Position numbers and translations under genes: made by a program. The notes under the pieces were generated by a model. It did not search any database, was not told where the DNA came from, and saw only the letters and a program-made list of their open reading frames with translations. A stretch of DNA of 63,631 bases, counting the filler, from Licmophora abbreviata (lineage: Eukaryota), in NCBI GenBank assembly GCA_900291995.1. It is 5 parts of 5 records of this genome, joined end to end, with 100 filler letters (N's around TTAATTAATTAA, not from the genome) between each part and the next. Parts side by side here need not be neighbours in the genome. Positions count along the whole stretch, not along the records: positions 34,139 to 44,319 come from OLMU01000813.1; positions 44,420 to 49,140 come from OLMU01000815.1; 3 more parts are not named here. The stretch is one strand, 5' to 3'. This document shows, one piece after another, positions 34,507 to 46,932 of this stretch (positions are counted from its first letter, which is position 1; each line of letters starts with the position of its first letter).

Positions 34507-37500
34507 ATGGCCTCGCAGGTGGGCTTTCGAATACTGCGGCGACGGACTGTTATGCATCGCTTCGAAATCTACACCTCGACCCGGATACGACCGTGGGGCT
34601 CGCTAGTTCGACGGAGGTCACTCATGGCGACGACCAAGCTATTCAGCGAACCTCTCGGGCATCGAATGTTCTCCGGCTTGTCGGAAGAAGATGACCTCTC
34701 ACGAGACTCCGGATATTTCAAGAACAACACGGACGGCGACAATCTCGATGGCCTTCCTCGGGTGTTCGACACCGCAAGCGCTGGTGAGCCCGGTGTCGTT
34801 GCGAGCGACTCGCCAGGCTCGGAAAAGTCTGAAGCATCTGGAATGCCCGCGACGCCCACCATGACGCCTCGAGAAATCCTGCTGGAAGAGCTTCGAAAGT
34901 CCGTGTCCAAAAGTACAAACGAAATTACGAAACAACGGCCTCAGTTGAAAGAAAAGTGGCAGCGGCGTCTCAAACGTCGTGAGTCTCGGAGGCGGCAACG
35001 GCAACGGCTACGAGTCGAAACAGAAGCGGATTTCGGGAGCTGGACGGCGCCAACAACCACAACGACTTTGAGCGATCCAGGGCCATTCCAGATCGATCCG
35101 GTTAGCGCCTTCGTGCCGGACGATAGAAGTGACATCGGTGCTTCGTCTAAGAACAGTTTAGCGTTCGAGGATGTTCGTGGCATTGACAATGGCGAGAAAT
35201 CTCAAGATAGACTGGATGATATTAATATGGAATCTCTGTTCCTCTCGGACCTACTAGACGAGCCCATCGAAGAGAATGCCGTTGATAGCTCTCGTCAGGA
35301 CGGGCCAAAGGCATTCGACTCGACCGATGTGGCACCCGTCTCACTGATGGATCTGCTGGAAAGCGACGACAAGAACGAATCAGACGATCCATCTTGGACA
35401 GAACCGCCGGACAGCATGGTAAGGTCTGGGAAAGACCGAGAGGATAGCGTCACCAGTCATGAGAATGCGACTGCGATTGACTCTGAAGATGAAGCAAGCA
35501 CATCTTTGGTGGACCTGCTGGATCTTGGTGAGAATGATGCTGGCTTCAGAAGTACGAACGACGCATTTTCGACAATCCCTTCGGCAGAAATGGCGATAAT
35601 GGAGCCTACGATGGGGGGACTGCAGGGCGAAGATGCACAAGAGCCCGTGCCAAATGAGTGGAGCATGCCGCTTCTACCGGATTCCTTTGAAAATGAAAAC
35701 TTGTTCGAGGAGACCACCGTTGTTGATGAAATTGATTCTCACTATGGTCAATCATTCGTTGACCGTGGTGTGATGTTGCTTGACTTGATGGAAGACACGG
35801 ACTGGGCGGCCCTAGACGAAGCAAGTCAGCCCAACTCGGAAAATCAAAGCGAAGATGGCGACACAAGTAACCCAGATGTCGTTGAAGAGGAGCTCATTTT
35901 GGACTCCAACGACAGTGATGGTTACCTCGCGCTAAACACATACGAGAAAAACGGAAAAGATTCATCAACTATTCTCGAAAGATTAGAGATCATATTGGAA
36001 GAGAGCGCACCGGGTGACACTCTATCAACCATTCAATATAACATGATTCTTCTTGAGCTGGTGCTCTCTACGCTGAGCACAGAGGAAGCTATCCAGAACT
36101 GCGTTACCGTCTACCGGCGAATGAAAGACTTTGACGTTCCTGGAATTCCAACGGACGGCGCTCCAGATGCCAGCACGTATGTCATAATGATGCTTGCTCT
36201 CGGCAAACGAGCCCAGGCTCCTTCGGAGGCTGCAACAGTGTGTAGCGATATGATTTCGTCTGGTGTATCGCTTACTGACGACGCTATTGTCGTAGGAATG
36301 CACGCTTTGGAGAAAAAAAGTCGACTGAAAGAGGCCGACGAATTGATGAAACGTCTAATGGCAGATGATACGCGGGATGTGACACTTCCACCTAGCGCTT
36401 TTCTTTCACTCATGCACATGTTTCGAAGCGAGAACATGCAAGCGGAGGCAGTGTCGCTTGTCAAATCATGTTGTAAGGTAAGCAACGGTATCGGTCGAAC
36501 ACAAGCCGAGTTGGTCCTTCACTCAATTGCACTTCGTCGTCTATTTCGCTACACAGGAGCTGGGTGATACGAACGAATACGGAGTTGGAAAAGTAGCAAC
36601 GGCTGCTATAAATTGGCCTGTCCGCGATAGACAAGGGAAACGGATCGACTGTTCAGATATGTTAGGAGCGATTCTAGATATCTTTGATCCATTACCTGAG
36701 ACCAACACACATAACGAGAGAGTTCATCTGAAATTCGCCGTTTGGAAGCGCCTTATTCATCGGCTCTCCAGAGAAAATGGCACCGTATCCGATGCGCTTG
36801 TCAAGAGGGCATTCTTGGCACTACGAGTCACACACGATACATTCTGGCCAACCCCATCATTGTTAAAGATCGGGCTGCGAGCGGCTAACGCGGTAAGAGA
36901 TGCCGACCTGGCATGTGATCTCGTCGTGCGTTCTTACGATGCTCCATATAGAGACATTGCTAGTTTCAAGTCTTCCTCTTCGTTGGATGATCAACACGTT
37001 GGAAGTGAAACAGAGTCCCACGATGAAAATCAACTGCTAGCTCAGCGTGAAGGCACTGGGCACGAGTCAACCGATCGAGCCAGCCCCAATGATGCAAGGC
37101 TTATTGAGAATATAGATTTGACGCTTCCTGGGTCTGAGATAACTTTCGAAGGGATCGAGACTGACACCTCGGTGACAACTACAGCATCTGGAGATGCCAT
37201 CATGCCTCCAAACGACCAGAAAGCAGGAACCGAATCAGCATCGGAGGTGCCAAATGATCCATCGAGCGTTCATCCTCCTCCGCAAGCGTTTATGGCGGCT
37301 ATGGAAATTTGCGTCGGGACTGGAGACATGCAAAGCGCGCATACACTCCTAAGCTGCATCGTGGATCCCGGCAACCATATGCCAACTCCCGAGAAACGTA
37401 GAATATTCACGCTTGCCCTGAAAGGGCACGCAAAGACGGCAGACGCTGATTCTGCCGAAGAAATCCTAAAAGACATGAACCGTCTTGGCGCAAATCCCGG

Positions 37501-38214
37501 GTAAGTCGAGGTTGCCATTGCAGATACGAGTGGCGATTATCATATGCACTCACATTCACTTGTTCACTGGGCAGAGAAGAAGCCTACGGTGCTGTCATCC
37601 ATAGTCTCGCAGCGGCAAGAAGGACAGATGAGGCGCTGGCACTATTCCAAGCGCTATCGAATGGGGAGCATGAAGGAATTGCTCCGAGGGCAGCATGCTA
37701 TGACGCTGCTCTATTGGCCTATCTCCAGGCTGGAGCGTGGGGTGATGCACTTGACCTTCAGGAAAAGCGTATGGAATCTGGGCTGACTATGTCTCCTGCA
37801 GGTTTTCAAGGGTCTCTCATTGCCTCCTTTCGGATTGGACGACATGCGAAAGCAGTCAAGTTTGTTGAAGAGGCCTTGAAATCTAAGATGGGGCTGGATC
37901 AAGCTTGCTGCGAGCTATCCATGAAAATCTTGCTGAAGGATATTTTACCACACCACAGTATAGATCAAACGAGAAAGACTCTACGGGAGATGTTGGACGA
38001 AGACAAATCATTACAGCCGGCATTTCTTGGGCTTCTGCGCTCCCTTCGAGTAGCAGAGGTGGAGGAAAAACGACACGCAAATAACGCGTTGACTGAAGAG
38101 GCTCTTTCCGATAGACGCCAGAAGGCGTGGCGGGACGCGTTGACGAACGTATTGGACCTTGTTCGAGCTGCGGACGAGCAACGAGACCCGACTATCTCTT
38201 CTGGCTTATCCTAA
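34507..38214 (+). CDS. Pentatricopeptide-repeat (PPR)-like organellar protein, 3 exons
   Basis: Arg-rich mitochondrial-type presequence and acidic disordered region. PPR-like units PDASTYVIMMLALGK, EAYGAVIHSLAAARRTDEALALF, ACYDAALLAYLQAGAWGDALDL. Introns at about 36477-36557 and 37501-37574. Confidence 0.75.
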
Positions 38215-39016
38215 TCGAGCTAAGCGATGACTAGAGCTGTATGTCTATTCGTACTTTGTCATAGCAAACTCGGTCCTCGTCGATTGTGGGGTACGCTGAA
38301 CGTGTGATAACGTCGCAAACAGGACTCGTGAGTCACATTTTTTCAAAGATGCAAACTCATCACCATCCTTGAGCAGATCGATCCAGTGCTCATCCTTTTT
38401 GTCGGCTTTAATAAGTTTTTTTGCCACGTGGACCAACGCAACTCAGGTTATTGCCGAGATGGGCTTGCTGTTTTGGCATCGCTTGGAAGCGGTCAAACTG
38501 CTGCTCTTGTCTGCTCACGCGGTGAGTGGACAACCAAGAATGCTACGGTGGAAACTCTCCCAGATACCCAAGTGCCTTCATTGCCATCAACTAGGACCTT
38601 GCATGTGATGACACATTTTTTCGATTCCACTTCATATTGTTATTAACATTGGAATGTTGCGTGGACGACGTTATGGCTTGAATGGTGTTGACTTTATTGC
38701 GTTGACGCAGGCTGTAAACAACCAGAATGCCTTACTGCTGTCCATTGTGGTTGTTTCGTATGTTCAATGTGCAGATCCTTTCGTCGCGAAATACCATTCG
38801 AAATCGGCGCAATTTGAAAATGTCATGACAAAACTTGCGTGCGGATGACGTGTTCCATATTTCGTCCACATCACAGTCACTTGCTCACTTTTTGTGTTCT
38901 GATGAGTTCTGCGCTGACGATATAGACCATCGACCCATCACGCTGCCACTGCGTCAAACACAATCCATTCTCTCTTTTCCCTGCATCGAAGCAATCACCT
39001 GTGAGTTCAAGTCACG

Positions 39017-40458
39017 ATGAAGCTAACCGGAAACGCTGCTTCGCCCACGCTGGTTGCCGGCTTAATTCTTTTGGTCGCAGCGCCAGCCTCCTCCTTTTGT
39101 GTTCCCCGTCACAATGGATTGACACCGAAATCGAACGCTTTCCAAACGAGGCATGGCCGGCACGCACGTCGACACATGACCATGTTTCTGGAGGACTCCA
39201 AAGTGAGGACGAAATCAGATCAGCTTACAGACACCACCACAGTCGGGTCTTTGCAAGTGCCGAGTGTGGGCGTGGGAACAATCTCGTGGTCGAGCGATAG
39301 TCGTAAGTGCGATGTGATGGTGAATGGTCGGTTGTATGCAACTGAGCAACTGTCTGGATACTAACAAAAGCAACCCCTTGCATTCCTCGTGCAGTAACGG
39401 AGCTTGAGAGTCTTGAGCTCCAGTCGCTTGTCGACTCGGCAACGGCCTCAAACGCTGCCTTCTTCGATACAGCCGAACGTTACGGCGGAAACCTGAAGAC
39501 GGCGCTCGGACTCGGATGGGGCGAGACTGAAATGTTGACAAGAAAACTATTGGAGAGATCCAAAGTGTATCAGTCGGGAGATGGAGTGAAACCTGTGGTT
39601 GCCACCAAGTTCACACCGTCGCCCTGGCGGACGACCGCGCAGAGTGTCGTGGACGCCTGTGAGCAATCTCGGCAACGGTTGGGAGTCGACAAGATTGACC
39701 TGTACCAGTTACACATGCCCGATATCGTACAACCACTAAGATTTTTGGGGCTGGGCGAATCCAAAGACGAAGTGTATTGGGACGGGCTTGCTGAGTGTTA
39801 CAATCGAGGGCTCATTTCAAATGTGGGGGTCTGCAACTACGGGCCCACTCTTGCTGCGCGTTGCCAGGAAGCCCTTGCCAAACGGGGTGTGCCGCTGGCT
39901 TCTAACCAGATTGGCTACTCTCTTATTGGACGTCATAATGGCGCACAGCAAACAGTCGACAAGTGCGACGAACTCGGAATCAAGGTCCTTGCCTTCTTCC
40001 CGTTTGCGATGGGCCTACTAACTGGCAAGTACACGAGCGAGATGAGTGCCAGTGTATCGGAAGAGACGATTGCGTCGCTCACGTCCAGCAAGAAGACGAA
40101 CATCGAACTGCGAGACCTCAATCGTTACGTCAAGGGCGATGGCATCACGATCCCTAAAGGAGGAGTCAGTCCGCTGCTCAAGGTGATGGAAAGCATCGCC
40201 AAGACTCGTGGCAAGACAATTGCGCAAGTAGCATTGAATTACATTGTTTGCAAAGGTGCGATCCCGATTCCAGGGGCGCGAACCAATGCTCAACTTAAGG
40301 ACAATATCGGGGCAATGGGTTGGCGCTTGACCGAGACTGAAGTTGACATGTTGGAGTTCGAGGCGGACAGGCTGGGATTCGGGTTTGAAGGAGCAGGCTT
40401 CAAGAGGACCAGCGAAAAGTTCGTTGGATACGGGGTGGAAAGATGGGCACTCGACTAG
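39017..40458 (+). CDS. Plastid aldo-keto reductase (pyridoxal reductase-like); intron 39303-39394
   Basis: ASSF presequence; GVGTISW, FFDTAERYG, VATKF, IDLYQLH, VGVCNY, IPIPGAR...NIGAMGWRL. Confidence 0.9.
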
Positions 40459-40588
40459 GGACACAAACTGTTCGCCATACTAAAATGCACTCCACTTGTA
40501 CAAACAGACAACAACAAACGATACTTGCCGCCAGATAGACCATCTCCATCGAACAAATTCTAAATAATGTGAGGTACATATTTAGGAC

Positions 40589-42316
40589 CTAATTTGCACA
40601 CGAAATTTCATAGACACCTAGTTCCATGTTTCGAATCATCTTGAGGAACGAGCCGTCGTAGGAGGGAAGATCCTCCGTGCTTAGATGGGGAAAGTGTGCT
40701 CCCAGCTGTCGACATGAGTACGATTCGCCGATCAAACATATCGCGTCAAGCGTCGGTCTTCCCTTAGACGAGATGAGCGTGGATGTCACGATATGTGCAG
40801 ATCGTGGGACCGCCCCCGACGAGCAGTCGAGATGGGCAGTGATAGCTTCAGTAAGCGATTCGGTACTACCGCCACGGAGATCAACAAACCTTTGCGGCGG
40901 GCACGCGTCGACGTCGCAATACGGAGCCTCGGCCGCTGCTGTGCACGAGGTTTCTCCACGTCGGGAGGCAAATGTGGGCGGCATGTATGTTCGAAAGAAG
41001 AATACGGTAGTTCCTGGGTCGATGGTGTCGGATCGCAATCCGCTTACAAGCACTGGGACAACACCGCCTTGATGTAATATGCCAAAGACCACCAATAGAA
41101 TTACGTTGAAGACGACCCAACCGATGATGAACGCACGTGACTTGACCACCAAGTCACCCGAAAGTACACACAGCGGTACCAGCACTGGCAATAAGAATCG
41201 GGGTTCTTGGTGCGGTGCCAGCGACAAGAAGCATAGTCCCAATACAATGGTCCAAACGCACGTGCTTCGGATCGTGCTCGGGTGGACGAATCGCAAGGTT
41301 GAGGGATTGGGTGTTGCCCAATCCGTCGTCCCCGCAGCACGCCCTGGTCGTACCGTCCAGTCCAGCAGCACGTGTCCCAAATACAGATAAAATGCAATTG
41401 CGAGAGGTCCGTACAAGAGCGACATATTGACCACGGCGTGTGTCCATCTTGGATGCAGCCCATGCGTCTGCAAGTTTTCAAATTTGGAATTGTACAGAAT
41501 CCCATTGAGCGGCGTAATGAATGACGTCCATGCCTGGAATGACGAACTTCCGTAAAATGAGGCGTCGACGTAGATAAACATAGATGCGGTTACCAGAAAT
41601 CCGAAAAATGCTACCCCCATGCACTGCAGAATGGACGCCATGCGCTTCGATAGGAACTTGTCGGTCAGATAGGAGAGTACGGACGGTATCGCGTAACCGA
41701 CAAAGGTGAATCGTGTAAAGAGTCCAAGCGCACACAGTATTCCAATCAGAGCATCTCTCCACATATGTCTGGTTCTTCTCATGGATACTACCAGCAACAG
41801 TGCCAGCAAGACCGTCTCAAGTGAGTTGGAAAAGGGTCGACTGAGTAACACCCATGATGGCCATGCCGAGGCCGCTATCAAAACCGAAGTTGGAACGACC
41901 GCGCCTCTCTGTGCTGAGCTGACGCAACTCAACCGCCAAATGCACCCATATACCACCAGCACACTCAAGAAGATACAAAATACTCGTGGAACGATCAATA
42001 CTTCCAAACCAGAAAGCGATGTTTTCATGTCCGCGCGACCCTTTTTCATGAGTGCATACGTTCTCAGTGGAAGCCACGTCATAATGGCAGGTGGAACCAC
42101 ACTCCTCACGGCATGCCGCGGTTCAAACTCCCATGGAGTGTTCGGTGGACACCCGAACCAGAGTTCTTGTCCGCCTTGGAAGAATTCATCCGGATGAACG
42201 TATCCTGGCAGCGAAGGTGCGAAGACGAGTTGTGACAGGATCAGCGTCACGTATGCTGCTATTGGCCTCCATGCACGTCGATTTTGGCGAGACCGTGGCC
42301 GCTCATCGTCCATCAT
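40589..42316 (-). CDS. PIGZ: GPI mannosyltransferase 4 (PIG-Z/Smp3, GT22)
   Basis: PGYVHPDEFFQ, PWEF, RPFSNSLE, FTRFTF, NLQTHGLHPRWTHAVVN, PHQEPRFLLP, HQGGVVP; many TM segments. Confidence 0.9.
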   Translation of the reverse strand: MMDDERPRSRQNRRAWRPIAAYVTLILSQLVFAPSLPGYVHPDEFFQGGQELWFGCPPNTPWEFEPRHAVRSVVPPAIMTWLPLRTYALMKKGRADMKTSLSGLEVLIVPRVFCIFLSVLVVYGCIWRLSCVSSAQRGAVVPTSVLIAASAWPSWVLLSRPFSNSLETVLLALLLVVSMRRTRHMWRDALIGILCALGLFTRFTFVGYAIPSVLSYLTDKFLSKRMASILQCMGVAFFGFLVTASMFIYVDASFYGSSSFQAWTSFITPLNGILYNSKFENLQTHGLHPRWTHAVVNMSLLYGPLAIAFYLYLGHVLLDWTVRPGRAAGTTDWATPNPSTLRFVHPSTIRSTCVWTIVLGLCFLSLAPHQEPRFLLPVLVPLCVLSGDLVVKSRAFIIGWVVFNVILLVVFGILHQGGVVPVLVSGLRSDTIDPGTTVFFFRTYMPPTFASRRGETSCTAAAEAPYCDVDACPPQRFVDLRGGSTESLTEAITAHLDCSSGAVPRSAHIVTSTLISSKGRPTLDAICLIGESYSCRQLGAHFPHLSTEDLPSYDGSFLKMIRNMELGVYEISCAN

Positions 42317-42731
42317 ACGAAGTAGTATATACTTAATGCACTCATGGGATACTTCTGGTGAGAGGGGGGACGTTGTACATCAAAGACGGCCGCTTGTGAT
42401 GAGCCGTCGAACAAAATCGCCATGGTCCAGAACCATCCGATTTCGTGGTATCTTTTTCAGTTCCGAATTTTGGATATTTTCTACGAAGAGGTCTACACAA
42501 ATCTGTGGTACTTCATCCTGCTTTTGGAGAAAAAAGGGTTAACAACCTTCAACCTGCATTGCACACACACAGTTGAAGTTCAACGGGGTGATGACGCAGC
42601 AACGCGAACACGTGAACCCAAACAGAAAAATCGCGTCTTGTTCTGTTGTATGCTCACCTCTCCTCCTCATCACTGTCGTACACGGTTTGCCATTCCTGCA
42701 CCGTCTCCTGCTCCTTTTTGCATTCTTCACC

Positions 42732-43223
42732 ATGGTCTCTGACAAAGTAGAAACGACGATTGACAAGCTGAAGCCGTACCTGGCCAATATCACGTTTGGT
42801 GGCGTCATGGGCTACTGCAGTGGAGTGGCCATGAAAAAGATCGGCAAGGCCGTCGCCTTCTTGGTCGGATGTGCTGCCATTGTCGGCCAAGGCCTTGTCG
42901 CCACTGGATACATTGACATTGACTGGGCCAAGATCAAGTACGACGCCAAGGATAAGATGGATTTGGTGAGTAGTAGAACTGCCGGTACAGAGTAGAAGAT
43001 TTTGTGATGTGAATTTCGCTGCAACACGAGGCTGTACTAGTCTGGCTTGTAATACTGATTTCTCTGGTCTCTCCTCGGTTTAACACAACAGGACAAGGAC
43101 GGACAGCTCACTACCAAGGACGTCAAACTTTACTGGGCCAAATTCAAGAATCTCATGGTACACAAGCTTCCTTCGGCGTCAGGGTTCAGCTGTGGGTTCC
43201 TGTTTGGAGTCAGGTACGGATAG
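42732..43223 (+). CDS. FUN14-domain mitochondrial outer-membrane protein (intron about 42967-43091)
   Basis: FGGVMGYCSGVAMKKIGKAVAFLVG...GYIDIDW; exon 2 ends LPSASGFSCGFLFG. Confidence 0.88.
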
Positions 43224-43344
43224 AGCAGCAGCTTTCGCTTTTCGACTGGAAACATAACGAGGCGACTCGTGGTATGCTGCAATGGACACATATGTCTCGA
43301 TAAATTTCAAATTAGTACCCAGCCCAGCGACGGATATTTAACTA

Positions 43345-44319
43345 CTACATGTCATCTACCTTGCGCTTTGCTCCAGCTTCTGTACTCCCTTGCGTCGACT
43401 GCATCGTGATTCCACCTCCTGTATGGTTTCCCGTCGGTGGCGCAGATGCTGCGATTGTGTTCGCCGGTGCGCTGTCAGTAGTAGGAGCCGTGTCAATGTC
43501 CATTGCCTGCGGCCCGCCCTGATTCGTTGCCGCCGGCGCAGGTGTCGCCGCGGCTGCTGCCATCGTAGTATTGTCACCGGTCGCTGATGCTGCTTCGCCT
43601 TGGTTGATCTTGATGGGTATCTGTCTTCCCCGCGATGCTCCATACCCCGGTTTGCTACTACTGGAAGCACCATCAGCGCCCTTGCCATTTCGTTTTCCTA
43701 CTTTTCCGGGTGCTTGAGGCTTCTGGACCATCATGCGCTGCGCAACTTGCGCTCCACTCACCACATCGAACGTGCGCGCCGTCAACAAGTACGGTTCAGG
43801 GGGAATCACCACGCCTGTGTAGCAATGAGTCGGAATCGGAGGAAGCGGAATGCGATTGACGTGCTGCGCCTGCACGAGCAATTTCGGTGTCTGTGTGGCG
43901 ACGGCGAGCGGCTGGTCGGCACGGAATTCATTGGCAATGGTGAGGTCAGCGCGAGTAATATCATATCGATTGGCGCTGTACGCGTAGTCTTGGGCGTCCG
44001 CCAACAACTCCAAAGCATGGCGACGGGCTTGTTCCAACAGACAAGCAAAGGCCTGGGGAGAAATGTCTGCTCGTGTCAAGTGATTCCGAGCCAAGGCTGT
44101 CTCGACGAGTTCGATCTGGTTTGCCAACACTCCGACTTTCTCAGATGCCATAAAACTGCCTTCAGCAATGCTCTGGACTGGTTCGTCCGTGCGGTACCAG
44201 AGTGGGTCGGATCTGCGTGCCGCTGCGGCTGCTGCGGACCGTGCCAGGTCGACCTGAGCTGTCCTCGCCGCTCCCAGAATGGCTTGTGCGGTTGAAGCTC
44301 CTCCCGCCCGAGATGAACC
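43345..44319 (-). CDS. TAF9: TFIID subunit TAF9-like (5' end lost in gap)
   Basis: Histone fold LLEQARRHALELLADAQDYA...ITRADL followed by AQHVNRIPLPPI...VVIPPEPYLLT. Confidence 0.8.
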   Translation of the reverse strand, partial: GSSRAGGASTAQAILGAARTAQVDLARSAAAAAARRSDPLWYRTDEPVQSIAEGSFMASEKVGVLANQIELVETALARNHLTRADISPQAFACLLEQARRHALELLADAQDYAYSANRYDITRADLTIANEFRADQPLAVATQTPKLLVQAQHVNRIPLPPIPTHCYTGVVIPPEPYLLTARTFDVVSGAQVAQRMMVQKPQAPGKVGKRNGKGADGASSSSKPGYGASRGRQIPIKINQGEAASATGDNTTMAAAAATPAPAATNQGGPQAMDIDTAPTTDSAPANTIAASAPPTGNHTGGGITMQSTQGSTEAGAKRKVDDM

Positions 44320-44419
44320 NNNNNNNNNNNNNNNNNNNNNNNNNNNNNNNNNNNNNNNNNNNNTTAATTAATTAANNNNNNNNNNNNNNNNNNNNNNNNN
44401 NNNNNNNNNNNNNNNNNNN
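44320..44419. other. Artificial contig linker
   Basis: N-run with central TTAATTAATTAA. Confidence 0.97.
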
Positions 44420-45102
44420 TCACCTACACAGACCTTCGGAAGCGTGCGATACGACAGGAGTTGAATGCACAGGCGATGAATATTGATGAAGAATTGATAC
44501 ATGACTCTGTGGTTCAATACTGCTTCAATGCGTGGTTGAATGAGCGGCAGAATTCGGCGGAACGAAACTTGTTTTCCGGTGCTGTGGCAATGTTAGAAGA
44601 GATATCCACGCTTTATCCGCACGCGTGTATTGGCGCTATTACCAATGGCCGTGGCAGTCCGAAGGGCATCGAGTCGCTAGAGCCCTACTTTGACTTTTGC
44701 GTCAGCGGTGAGGATGAGGGAGTCTTTCCGGAACGAAAGCCAAGACGGGGCATCTACGACGCATCCTTAGCAGCATACCACGAGCGCTATCCAAATCCGA
44801 TTAGTGACTCGCGCGTGTGGATTCATGTGGGGGACTGTTTGGCAAACGATGTGGGTGGCAGTGTCAAGTGCGGGGCGTACGCCGTGTGGAAGGCCCCACA
44901 TCAGGAGGAATCGTCAAGGCTGTCGGAAAAGCAGCCCAAATGGTCGACGGCTTCGAAGCGGACCATTCAGAACCGACGGCGTCTAGCGAATCAAGCGAAA
45001 GGCATGGTCAGTGCCGAAGTCACGCACCTCTCCGAGCTGCCGACGGTTGTGGATGAAATCCTTGAGCTGGCAGCAAGCAAAACAAAACAGGTTGCTACAT
45101 GA
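44420..45102 (+). CDS. HAD-like hydrolase, C-terminal part (5' end lost in gap)
   Basis: AITNG (motif II), RKP (motif III), WIHVGDCLANDVGG (motif IV). Confidence 0.85.
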
Positions 45103-45447
45103 ATGGAATAGATTATCGCGCCAACATAGACACAAATTGGTAGAGCTATTGATTAGCCTGCAATCGGTATCTAGCTAGCTAGTGGTAGCTCTTCATAGGG
45201 TGCCTTATCGAACACACTCGTCTCACGATAGATAGATGCGAAAGTGCGACTCGACTCACACAGGTCCGCGCCCCCGGCGACCCACTCTCACAACGCGCGC
45301 GGGGGCGAAGACAAAAAGACGCGCGTTTCAATTCAATGACTTTTTGCAATCTTGTCGGCCAGATGCAGCGGCGAAGTTGAAGACATACAGATACTGGAGT
45401 CAATCAACTCTTTGGTGTGCAAGACACAAGCTCAATAAGAAAACACA

Positions 45448-46814
45448 ATGGCTTTGATTCTTCTTGGCGCGGCGGCTTACGGCGCCTATGTCGCCGCGCA
45501 GAAAGGAGACGGGAACGATGAGCTCGAAATTGACCTTGAGGGCAAGACATCCATTACTCTGCTGCCTCTAGAGCAGACTCTGGGAATGCTTGAGACCCCC
45601 ATGTCGACCATTACTTACTTTGACGGGGATTACAGAGTAGCAGCGAAACATTTGATGCAACGTGTACCTGATGTAATCGCCTTGAATCCCTGGATGGGAG
45701 GCTGTGCCGGAAGAGCCAAAGGCGAGAAAGAAGTCAAGCTTTGGTTCGATGAATCTGGAAAAGATAGCGCTCCAGGAACATTCTATATGTTTTCTCCAGG
45801 CGAGGTGCCTTTGATGCATGATACTCCATATGAAAAATACGAGGAACTAGGAAAGGAGCAGAATCTAGAGCGGACGATGGCAGTTCCTCCTACCGCCGAG
45901 ATCGTCGGGAAGAACCAGGCGCTTTGGAGGGTCAGTGTCGTCCCGACTGCTGACAAACCAGAAAGCAAATTCGTGGTTATTGTGTCCATGTCTCGTCTTT
46001 TGGGAGACCCCTACACATTCTACTCGCTATACAATATGCTGAGTGAAGACATGGAGCCGATACGTATGAACCCGATACGCCGTTTGGAGTTTAGCGAAGC
46101 CCTTACGAGCCACATGGGAAAGGAGGAGGCGTTCTACATCAACAAAATTACGACAAATCCTCTTTGGGAATGGACCAAGACGGAGGAAGATCCCACGGAG
46201 AGATTGATGTTTCTTATCTCGGAAGATTGGCTGGCAGAGCACCGAGGGGATGCACCTGCCGACGAGGAAGCAGCGGAGCGAAATGCTGCAACCAACGCTC
46301 TGCTCACTTCTTGGTTCTTAACCAACTCCGACCCACTGTCGGTCTTATGGCGTACGACTACCGAAACACGTTTATTAGCTCTCGGCTTTCTGGTCTGGAC
46401 GCGGGCAACTATGGCCATCAGATCCTCTACACTCCTGTCGACTATGCTACTCCTGACCTAATTCGAAGTTCGGAAAAATCGCAGAGGCGTTGTGGCACTG
46501 ATCCGCCCGCCCCCTTGCCCGGAAATAAGTGGGACGCGACTTTTTCAGTTACGACAAATTGGTCGGCCTTTCACTGGGACTCTCTGTCTGTTGGCGAAGG
46601 CGCCATAATGAAGTTGCACCTGCCCTTGTTCGGCGCCACGGGCCTCAAGGTGTTCCCAAACAAGCTTTCGGTGTTGTTTTTGTTTACCGCGAAACCAGGG
46701 TCGGAAGATGGCAGTGTCAAACGCCAACTTGGGGCGTTAGTTGTTGCTCCTCGTTCTGGAATCGCAAGGGTAGTAGGCAGTGGTGTCGTAGGCGAGGTGA
46801 TCGCCAAGTTCTAG
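45448..46814 (+). CDS. CoA-dependent acyltransferase-fold-like protein; frameshift at about 46333
   Basis: TITYFDGD, LNPWMGG, VSMSRLLGDPYTFY (HxxxD position). Adding one C at 46332-46334 restores NSDPTVGLMAYDYR...DAGNY...TNW. Confidence 0.6.
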
Positions 46815-46932
46815 ACAGGTCGCGACGACTCTGTGTTGTGTTTATTCAGCGGCTGACTACACTGGTTGTTTTACTAGTTTTGTCAAAATTGTTTTTCAAC
46901 TGCATGCGTAAGCACCGATGTATATTATATGT

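Noticed and set aside
1567..38851. TGACGT (aureochrome-type) boxes upstream of plastid genes at 1567, 6843, 6906 and 38846
   Set aside because: A 6-mer on two strands is expected about every 2 kb, so enrichment cannot be claimed from this window.
38245..39000. Short ORFs between the PPR and aldo-keto reductase genes (possible gene or TE remnant)
   Set aside because: No recognisable motif, no terminal repeats, and frames are closed by stops.
4795..46335. Programmed ribosomal frameshifting as a shared explanation for three broken CDSs
   Set aside because: No shared slippery motif or downstream structure, and two of three sites are homopolymer runs typical of sequencing indels.
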